A DNA stretch of 60,915 bases from Fidelibacterota bacterium. Lineage in GTDB: Bacteria; Fidelibacterota; Marinisomatia; Marinisomatales; Marinisomataceae. The position numbers were made by a program, and so were the translations under genes. Positions 52,101-60,915 of the stretch are shown here, in pieces. The stretch spans positions 1 through 60,915 of the forward strand of contig JAYPYG010000002.1 in the NCBI GenBank assembly GCA_038280095.1, in the 5' to 3' direction. Numbering within the stretch: the stretch's first letter is position 1; each line of letters begins with the position of its first letter. The notes beneath the pieces are model-generated. The model was not told the DNA's origin. It did not search any database and saw only the letters and a program-made list of their open reading frames with translations.

Positions 52101-52254
52101 TAGCTAAGTCTTTATTATCACCGTAGTAATAAATATTGGTATTTGGACTTACAATGTATTCCCAATCAAAGGATTCATATTGAACCTTATTTTGCCCAAA
52201 ACTTTGTGGATATAAAAGATTAGTTAATAATAATATAGTAAGTATAATGCGCAT
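49147..52254 (-). CDS. Omp85/BamA-family protein with N-terminal gluzincin peptidase and PD40 propeller
   Basis: Signal peptide, HELVH..NEGLAE, five or more PD40-like S.S.SPDG repeats, C-terminal barrel with LRG, EFRFP and FGYDW. Confidence 0.8.
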   Translation of the reverse strand: MRIILTILLLTNLLYPQSFGQNKVQYESFDWEYIVSPNTNIYYYGDNKDLAIFTSKVAERSIEQIGKHLRWRSNKPIKIIVYTSHNDFQQTNVVNVYMSEGVGGVTELYKNRIVIPFEGSYEQFEHVIHHELVHAAINELVYGGNAQGLISGRIRVQVPLWANEGLAEFLSVDWDTNSDMVLRDLAIEDRLPSIPELNYSILAYKGGQSVWQYITQKYGREKVGEIFQQMKRAQNDERGFESALGVNYEKLTEDWHDFVKREYWPDLVNRENFDDFSTKITDRTETRNFYNVSPSFSPDGNTIAYFSDQDGYMDLILYEVDSEKQKRRLIRGNTTPDFEELKWLQPGISWSPDGKSISFASKSGEQDSIIIVDIKSGKYKKIPIDLDGVFTTSWHPTENKIAFMGHKDDSSDIYVIDLTTKEVTNITNDIFSESSPSWSSNGEIIYFTSDRGQNNSTNSMYDVDFSQTDIFQYSYQTNTVSQITNTEYNENYPVVSSDGNLFYTADYNGITNIFKHNLSNDEAFPITNVVTGVQQIDLDSNDNLVFSGFKKQGWDLYIMNNPNSFSEQEIKPTKFYANKNRSTDFEDLRTFTSKKASLSPEDYSKYIFARNYQYRNDKKDNNKEVEVDSLRFQDDYLARKYQTDFSVDYIATTATIDNLFGTRGVANLSWSDVMGDHRINVGTNLVLDLNNSDLVVQYAYLKNRTNYYTTLFQQANTFSLGYNMNYDFIGQLRDYGIGFYGQYPFSKFMRLDFGATLRNVDYEIKQFDIFTFQTSTNYKENLKAVVPITSFVFDNSTNGYTGPVDGFKQYLTFQFSPDIGSNSIPFQTLKFDMRKYYKINRNYSLAARLMLGKSVGDRPQKFFLGGNSQMMIFSDTQTEGRDDSGFYAQRVLDYDNTSILEDVYFSEYVFPLRGARYRERVGENVAVANFEFRFPFVNYVDVGFPARIRFGNIFGHLFVDVGAAWDSSDEFNNSELVRNKYGLTDPEASPILTTFGIGTKIFTPFALIRIDTAWDKYPSGGYSKPQYIISFGYDW

Positions 52255-52400
52255 ATGATTTTATAAGTTAAAAAATTGATAAAGTTTCAAATAATTTATT
52301 TATTCAAAATATTTTTATTATCAAAGATAGTATAATTTAAGACAAAAATTTTAAATTATTAATTCATTGATGCAATTTTTATAAAAGATTAAGTTTTTTA

Positions 52401-53132
52401 ATGCAATTGCCAATCTATTTTTTTGGAGATAATCACTTTTCTCCAACTCCTTCATTATCTAATGAACATAAAATCAAGAAAATGGAAGAGTTTATTCATG
52501 TAATTGAGAAGTCTAAAGGAAGTATCTTTATTATGGGGGATTTTTTTGATTATTACTTCGAATACAATAAAAATAATCCAAATTATTTTGAAAAGATTTT
52601 TTTATTACTAGAAAAAATAAAAAGCAAAGGAATTGAAATATATTTTATAGCAGGAAATCATGATTTTTGGATAGGAAAAGAATTTGAATCACTAACAACA
52701 AAATCTTTTTTAAATGATCAAATTTTATTTGCAGGAAATAAAAGAATTTATGTCACTCATGGAGACGGCATCCTATCTTGGGATAAAGGATATCGATTAT
52801 TAAAGATTATTTTAAGAAGTAAAATTTTTCGTTTTTTATACTCTTTATTACCAAAAAGTATTGCGTTAAAAGTTGCAGAAAAAATTTCATATGAAAGAAA
52901 AGATTCACACAATATTGATAATAAAAAGTTAGATAAAATTCATTCTGAGTTGATTGAATATGCTAGATCAAAGTGGAATAAAGATTGTGACATTGTAATC
53001 ATGGGTCACTATCATCATTCATTTAATTTTAATGAAAATCAAAAACAATTAATTATACTAGATGATTGTTGTGATCAACAATTTAATTATGCCAAATATG
53101 ATGGTAATTCAATTAGTATAAAAAGTTTGTAA
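52401..53132 (+). CDS. lpxH: UDP-2,3-diacylglucosamine diphosphatase (LpxH-like metallophosphoesterase)
   Basis: D.H, GDFFD, GNHD, HGD, MGH.H. Confidence 0.8.
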   Translation: MQLPIYFFGDNHFSPTPSLSNEHKIKKMEEFIHVIEKSKGSIFIMGDFFDYYFEYNKNNPNYFEKIFLLLEKIKSKGIEIYFIAGNHDFWIGKEFESLTTKSFLNDQILFAGNKRIYVTHGDGILSWDKGYRLLKIILRSKIFRFLYSLLPKSIALKVAEKISYERKDSHNIDNKKLDKIHSELIEYARSKWNKDCDIVIMGHYHHSFNFNENQKQLIILDDCCDQQFNYAKYDGNSISIKSL

Positions 53133-54056
53133 CTAAACTTTATTTGCTAGAGTTACCATAATAGCATTTTGGGTATGTAGTCTATTCTCAGCTTGCTCAA
53201 AAACTATAGAATTTTGAGAATCAATTACTTGATCGGTCACTTCTCTACCTCTTTCAGCTGGCAAGCAATGCATAAACATATAATCATTTTTTGCATGTTG
53301 AATCAAATCATTATTTACCTGCAAAGGAGAAAATATTTTTACCCTTTCATCAACTTCTTCTTTTTGACCCATTGATGCCCAAACATCTGTATAAATAACA
53401 TCAGCATCTTTTACTCCCTGAATTGGGTCATGAAGAATATTTATTGAAGAGATATTTTTAGAATTGGCATATGAAATTGTTTCTGCATCAGGTTCATACC
53501 CTTCAGGACAGACGCAAGTGAATTCAAAAGGTAATACTGAAGCTAATCTTATCCATGAGTTAACAATATTATTTCCATCGCCAACATATACAATCTTTAA
53601 ATCACTTAAATTATCTTTTTTTTGCTCCCAAATTGTAAACATATCAGTAAGAATTTGGCATGGATGGTTATAATCAGTTAAACCATTCACAACTGGAACA
53701 GTAGCATGTTTTTCAAATTCCAACATATCATTATGACTATATACTCTTGCCATAATCATATCATTATATCTACTGAAAAGTTGAGCTAAATCACCTGCAC
53801 TCTCACGAGTTCCTAAGCCGATATCTTGGGGAGCTAAATAAATTGCATGCCCTCCCATCCAAGCAAAACCTGTTTCAAATGAAACTCTGGTTCGTGCAGA
53901 AGGTTTTGCAAATATCATAGCCATGGAGTGGTCTTTGAAGGGTTGATAACTTTCTTTATTTCTATATTTAGACTTTAATTCAGCAGCCAATTCAAATAAA
54001 TCTAAAATCTCATTTTTACTAAAGTCATCTACTTTTATACAATGTTTTACGCTCAT
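53133..54056 (-). CDS. argF: Ornithine carbamoyltransferase
   Basis: SARTR, HPCQ, GDGNN, TDVWASMGQ, HCLP, QAENRLH. Confidence 0.95.
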   Translation of the reverse strand: MSVKHCIKVDDFSKNEILDLFELAAELKSKYRNKESYQPFKDHSMAMIFAKPSARTRVSFETGFAWMGGHAIYLAPQDIGLGTRESAGDLAQLFSRYNDMIMARVYSHNDMLEFEKHATVPVVNGLTDYNHPCQILTDMFTIWEQKKDNLSDLKIVYVGDGNNIVNSWIRLASVLPFEFTCVCPEGYEPDAETISYANSKNISSINILHDPIQGVKDADVIYTDVWASMGQKEEVDERVKIFSPLQVNNDLIQHAKNDYMFMHCLPAERGREVTDQVIDSQNSIVFEQAENRLHTQNAIMVTLANKV

Positions 54057-55342
54057 TTTTCTATCCTTTGATTTACATTTTTAATATCTAATAGCTTTCT
54101 ATATTTAGCAACCGTTCTTCTTGCTATTAGAAAATCTTTTTCATTTAATTTCTCTACAATATCTGAATCAGATAATGGAGATTTCTTATCCTCGGCATCA
54201 ATTATTTCAAGCATCACTTTTTTAAGCTCATTCGTAGATGCAGTTTTTCCAGATTTTTTAGTTAATGCATTTGAAAATAAACTTTTTAAACTAATTAATC
54301 CAATTGGTGTATCAATATATTTATTTTTGACCACTCTACTAATGCTTGAAATATCTTTATCAATTTTATTTGCAATGTCTTCTAATTTTAACGGATTTAA
54401 AAATTCACTTTTATTGCTCAAAAAATCTCCCTGCACTAATAAAATCTGCTCAATAACATCCTTGAGTGTATTGGATCTATAATTCAATGTATCTAAAATA
54501 TTCTGTGCATCACTAATATGGTTTTTTAAGAAAGTTTTTTCTTCTTTTGAAGAATTTGAATTCATTGCTGCATCAAGATAATCTTGCGAAATTTGATACT
54601 TATTTAATAGTCTATCATTTATAAGAATCAACCACTTATCTTCTTTTTCCTTTACTATAGCGTCAGGTAAAACATTTTCGATGCCTAAATCATTATCAAG
54701 AATGGGAGAAAAATTTTGATCTGAAATGAATGAAAAAGCTTCATCAATTTCTTTGTCCGTACAATTTATATGTTGTTTTATTTTATCTTTATCCTGATTT
54801 AGAAAATCATTAAAATAATTTTTAACTATCTTGTTTGATAGTGTATTAGAATCTCCAATTTGAAAAGTTAAGTACTCTTTCAAATCTTTGCTTCCTACAC
54901 CCACAGGATTAAGCTCCATTACTTCTTTTCTGACTTGTTCTATTTCTTCAACATCAACATTATGATTATCTGCTATTAACTCTAACTCAATATCTAAAAA
55001 TCCATTCTTATCTAAATTAAATACTATTTCTTTTCCAATTAATTTTGATTTCTCATCAAGATTTGATGTATCAATTTGAGTTATTAAATCATCTGTGATG
55101 TCCCTGCTTTCTGGAATATTTGCTAAGAATAATTCATAGCTACTTTGATCTTGAAATGAATCTACCTGATTATTTGATCTTGATTCTTCAATGCTTTTTT
55201 CTTCAATTACAGGGTTTACTTGTATTTCATTTTCCAAATCTTTTTCAAGCTCATCAATAGATAACTCTAACAGTCTAGATTTTATAATTTGCTGAGGAAC
55301 TATAGATTGTTTTTGTCTAAGCTTGGTAGAAAGTTTGTTCAT
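54053..55342 (-). CDS. rpoN: RNA polymerase sigma-54 factor
   Basis: Region I PQQ..LLEL..NP, P.GVG...L.E.L, SS.SR...KY, RpoN box ARRTVAKYR. Confidence 0.95.
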   Translation of the reverse strand: MNKLSTKLRQKQSIVPQQIIKSRLLELSIDELEKDLENEIQVNPVIEEKSIEESRSNNQVDSFQDQSSYELFLANIPESRDITDDLITQIDTSNLDEKSKLIGKEIVFNLDKNGFLDIELELIADNHNVDVEEIEQVRKEVMELNPVGVGSKDLKEYLTFQIGDSNTLSNKIVKNYFNDFLNQDKDKIKQHINCTDKEIDEAFSFISDQNFSPILDNDLGIENVLPDAIVKEKEDKWLILINDRLLNKYQISQDYLDAAMNSNSSKEEKTFLKNHISDAQNILDTLNYRSNTLKDVIEQILLVQGDFLSNKSEFLNPLKLEDIANKIDKDISSISRVVKNKYIDTPIGLISLKSLFSNALTKKSGKTASTNELKKVMLEIIDAEDKKSPLSDSDIVEKLNEKDFLIARRTVAKYRKLLDIKNVNQRIEK

Positions 55343-56070
55343 TGATCCAATTTAAAATTTTTACCCAAGTATATTTTTCTGACTTCCTCATCATTTGCTA
55401 AGGTTTGGGCATCTCCTGATTTTAATATCTTTCCTCCGTAAAGAAGGTATGACCTATCTGTAATTGAAAGTGTCTCTCTAACGTTATGATCAGTAATTAG
55501 TACTCCAATATTTTGCTGTTTTAGAGAAATAATCATCTGCTGAATATCTTCAACCGCAATCGGATCAACACCTGCAAATGGTTCATCTAACAATACAAAG
55601 TCAGGTTTTAAAGCTAGAGTACGACATATTTCAACTCTTCTTCTTTCTCCTCCCGATAATCCAGCTCCAATATTATTTCTTATGTGAGAAATATTAAATT
55701 CGTTTAGTAGTTTATCAATTAGTTGATTTTGTTCTTCTTTGTTCGGAATAATTGTTTCAAGCACAATTTTCAAATTATCTTGGACACTTAATTTCCCAAA
55801 AATTGATGGTTCTTGAGCTAAATATCCAATCCCCATTCTAGCTCTTTTGTACATTGGAGACTTTGTTATATCTTCATCTCCAAAAATTATTTTACCTGAA
55901 GAAGGCCTTATCATACCAGTAATCATATAAAATGTTGTTGTCTTTCCTGCCCCGTTCGGTCCTAAAAGACCTACGACTTCACCTTTATTTAAATTTAGAT
56001 CAATGTCATTAACGGCATAAAAATCTCCATATTTTTTAACAAGATTTTCTGCTCTTAATACTTTAGTCAT
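55339..56070 (-). CDS. lptB: LPS export ABC ATPase LptB
   Basis: GPNGAGKTT, RARMGIGYLAQE.SIF, LSGGERRR.EI.R, LDEPFAGVDP, ITDHNVRETL. Confidence 0.97.
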   Translation of the reverse strand: MTKVLRAENLVKKYGDFYAVNDIDLNLNKGEVVGLLGPNGAGKTTTFYMITGMIRPSSGKIIFGDEDITKSPMYKRARMGIGYLAQEPSIFGKLSVQDNLKIVLETIIPNKEEQNQLIDKLLNEFNISHIRNNIGAGLSGGERRRVEICRTLALKPDFVLLDEPFAGVDPIAVEDIQQMIISLKQQNIGVLITDHNVRETLSITDRSYLLYGGKILKSGDAQTLANDEEVRKIYLGKNFKLDQ

Positions 56071-56593
56071 TATTAATTCTTCCTCTTGGTTGCAAAATAT
56101 TCCAATCAGTGAGGTCTATATTAGATTTAAATCCAGTTCCATAAAGTGTATCCGTATCTGAAGTAACAAATTTAAGATTTGCATCAGTATAAATTTTATC
56201 AGAATTATTATCCCATGTTAAAGAGTCTGTCATAAGTATTTTTCCATCATCAGAAATGACCATAACACTTCCATAAGCTTTAATTCTATTTTCTTTTTCA
56301 TTTACCATCGCAGATTGTGATTTAATTAAAGATTTATGCTGAAAATCTTCATCAAATAAATCAACATTAACGTTATCATATAGCTCTAATTGTAATGATT
56401 GATTATTCTTTTTTAAGATTTCCGATTTGATTTTTGCAGTAATATTACCTTTTTTTGTTAATGTAATTTCTACATTTGTTGATAATTGATCATGTACATC
56501 TTTTTCAACATTATTGATAACTTCATTTTTTGAACATGAAACAAAAAAAAGCATTAAAAAAATTGTTAATTTTTTGTTTAAATCTAATATCAT
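56063..56593 (-). CDS. lptC: LPS export protein LptC
   Basis: Lipoprotein-like N-terminus, beta-jellyroll pattern L.TDSL.WD...IYTD..G.GF.S; operon context. Confidence 0.8.
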   Translation of the reverse strand: MILDLNKKLTIFLMLFFVSCSKNEVINNVEKDVHDQLSTNVEITLTKKGNITAKIKSEILKKNNQSLQLELYDNVNVDLFDEDFQHKSLIKSQSAMVNEKENRIKAYGSVMVISDDGKILMTDSLTWDNNSDKIYTDANLKFVTSDTDTLYGTGFKSNIDLTDWNILQPRGRINND

Positions 56594-57132
56594 CTTAGCT
56601 CACTAAGTAATTTATCTAATTGTTCAGTAAAATCACCTCTAGATTCAATAAGCAGGTCAATTACCTCTCTTACTGCGCCTTTACCCCCTTCAAGTAAAGT
56701 GGTATAGTGCGAATAATTAGATATATACTTTGGAGCATTTGGTACTGTAACAGCAAATCCAACTTTTTCTAAAATAGGTATATCAATAATGTCATCTCCA
56801 ATGAAACAAACTTCATTATCTAATACCCCATATTTCTTTTTTAATTCATCGTATGCATCAATTTTACGAATTACTCCATTATATACGTCATCAATTTGAA
56901 GCTCTTCTGCTCTTTGAGTAGTTGTAAGAGATTCTCTTCCAGTAATCCATGCAGTTTTAATATTAAGATTCAATAATCTAAGCATTACAAAACCAACACC
57001 ATCAAGAGCATTAAAAGATCTTAACTCATCTCCAGATGTACTTTTAATAAATGATCCATCTGTGAGTACACCATCGATATCACAAATCAATAATTTTATT
57101 TTAGAAAGTGAATCTTGTAATTTTCTATCCAT
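56590..57132 (-). CDS. kdsC: KDO 8-phosphate phosphatase
   Basis: DIDGVLTDG, F...DG, ITGR, GDD..D, GG.GAVRE. Confidence 0.95.
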   Translation of the reverse strand: MDRKLQDSLSKIKLLICDIDGVLTDGSFIKSTSGDELRSFNALDGVGFVMLRLLNLNIKTAWITGRESLTTTQRAEELQIDDVYNGVIRKIDAYDELKKKYGVLDNEVCFIGDDIIDIPILEKVGFAVTVPNAPKYISNYSHYTTLLEGGKGAVREVIDLLIESRGDFTEQLDKLLSELR

Positions 57133-57946
57133 GACTTAAATATGTTTCTCTAAAAGCAATAATAGATGTTAATATTTTTTCAAGTTTATCAATAGGCCAT
57201 TGAGTGCTAGCATCACTTAGTGCATTATCTACATCATCATGCACTTCCATAAATATTCCATTTGCACCTGATGAAACAGCAGCAAATGCTTGGGAAGGAA
57301 TAAATTGTCTATTTCCACCTGTTTTTGATTCATGATTTCCAGGTATTTGTGCACTATGGGTGGCATCAAAAATAACAGGATAACCAAATGACTGCATTAT
57401 AGGAATCGATTTTAAATCTGTAACTAAACTATCAAAACCGAAAGTATTACCTCTCTCTGTTAATAAGATATTTTTATTACCACTTTCTTCTAGTTTATTA
57501 ATGATATTTTCTACTTTATAAGGAGATAGAAATTGTCCTTTTTTAACGTTCACTACTTTGCCAGTTTGCGCTGCTGCAACTAATAAATCAGTTTGCCTAC
57601 AAAGGAATGCTGGAATTTGAATAATATCTACAACATCGCTAACTACATTGGCATGTTCAGGTAGATGAATATCTGAAGTGACCGGAATGTTAAAGTTGTT
57701 TTTGATTTCTTCTAAAATCTTTAATCCAGCATCTAAACCATCTCCTCTAAATGATGAAATAGATGTCCTGTTAGCCTTATCAAAAGAGCTCTTAAAAACA
57801 AATGGGATATTTAGCTTAGATGTAATTTCAGTTATTTTTTCAGCAATGCCGAAACAATGATCTCTGCTTTCAATTACACATGGACCTCCAATGAAAGGTA
57901 TAGCGCTATCTCCAAAAATAATGTTATCTAGCTTTACTTTATTCAT
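57125..57946 (-). CDS. kdsA: KDO 8-phosphate synthase
   Basis: GPCVIES, KSSFDKANRTS, QIPAFLCRQTDL, KKGQFL, ERG, FDATHS. Confidence 0.97.
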   Translation of the reverse strand: MNKVKLDNIIFGDSAIPFIGGPCVIESRDHCFGIAEKITEITSKLNIPFVFKSSFDKANRTSISSFRGDGLDAGLKILEEIKNNFNIPVTSDIHLPEHANVVSDVVDIIQIPAFLCRQTDLLVAAAQTGKVVNVKKGQFLSPYKVENIINKLEESGNKNILLTERGNTFGFDSLVTDLKSIPIMQSFGYPVIFDATHSAQIPGNHESKTGGNRQFIPSQAFAAVSSGANGIFMEVHDDVDNALSDASTQWPIDKLEKILTSIIAFRETYLSHG

Positions 57947-57948
57947 AT

Positions 57949-60225
<2,277 letters not shown>

Positions 60226-60229
<4 letters not shown>

Positions 60230-60537
60230 TGGCTGTCCTTTTTAACTGTTAAGGGGACTTCAATATAATCAGAATTAGAACTTGGGCTGTTTGCTAATAC
60301 ATCTTTTTTATCCAATGGAGATTCATAATTATCCTCTCTTAAAGAGTTTTTCATATCATGAACATTATATAACTCTTCAACATTCTCAGTATCTATCTCA
60401 TTTAATGTATCCATGTAATTAAGAATATTATTCATATCTTGAGTGCGTTTTTTGAGTTCTTCACTGGTTAAAGATAACCTTGATAGTTCAGCCATTTTCT
60501 TTACTTCTTGTTCTGAAATTTTATTTTTTTTAGACAT
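60226..60537 (-). CDS. gatC: Asp/Glu-tRNA amidotransferase subunit C
   Basis: EV.K.A.LSRL, IL.Y...L.E.DT..V, LRED, L.N.P....I.VP. Confidence 0.92.
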
Positions 60538-60596
60538 AAATTATTGTGACAATTTAGATGATTAGAAAGACTACATCAAGAAAAAGGCCATGAAAC

Positions 60597-60914
60597 TTAA
60601 TCGTATCTCATTGAATCTATTGGATTCAATTTTGATGCTTTAATTGCTGGATAAAGGCCAAATATTATACCCATAGTAGCACAAATTTGCAGGCTGTATA
60701 ACACCCATTCATATGGGATTACTGGATCTTGTTCAAGGAAGGTAGCAACTATATTCCCAAAAGATAGTCCTAAAATAATCCCAACAATTCCACCTAGAAT
60801 TGAAATTAAAATTGCTTCAATTAAGAATTGTAAAAAAATATCTACTCTTCTTGCGCCAAGAGCTTTTCTAATACCAATCTCTTTAATTCTTTCTGTTAAA
60901 GAAACTAGCATAAT
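60597..60914 (-). CDS. ABC transporter permease (MacB/FtsX family), 5'-partial
   Basis: IMLVSLTERIKEIGIRKALGA, QFLIEA, GLYPA.KAS.LNPID..R; runs off the window end. Confidence 0.92.
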   Translation of the reverse strand: MMLVSLTERIKEIGIRKALGARRVDIFLQFLIEAILISILGGIVGIILGLSFGNIVATFLEQDPVIPYEWVLYSLQICATMGIIFGLYPAIKASKLNPIDSMRYD

Positions 60915-60915
60915 A

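Noticed and set aside
52255-52400. Fur-box-like AT-rich sequence in the divergent promoter region
   Set aside because: No convincing match to the 19-bp consensus above the AT background.

Overview
AT-rich (about 30% GC by eye), densely packed bacterial chromosome segment from a Gram-negative LPS producer. FCB-type SecA and ATP synthase, plus the marine-type gene content, suggest Marinimicrobia/SAR406 or a relative (inference). Most of the window is housekeeping: pcrA, mltG, secA, nusB, aspS, a complete F1Fo operon, parAB, secDF, tgt, the kds/lpt/rpoN/pyrG cluster, amino-acid catabolic enzymes, transporters and four tRNAs (Asp, Leu, Arg, Asn). No CRISPR, rRNA, transposase or integrase was seen. 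Best leads: (1) 38.5-39.5 kb, with a strongly expressed 75-aa two-repeat basic protein (candidate nucleoid protein) and a ~0.4 kb integrative remnant in tRNA-Arg. The remnant is bounded by a 46-bp repeat carrying a compensatory base-pair change and holds a 50-aa ORF missed by the ORF track, a tandem 12-mer and an inverted anticodon-arm copy. (2) A YhaM homologue in which the HD metal-site residues are replaced, sitting behind fur. (3) A Tgt lacking all Zn ligands. (4) A peptidase-PD40-Omp85 fusion. (5) tRNAs that punctuate mRNAs. (6) An SSS transporter with an extra cytoplasmic domain, and a phytase/PiT-like pair. All family calls come from motif recognition, not database searches.
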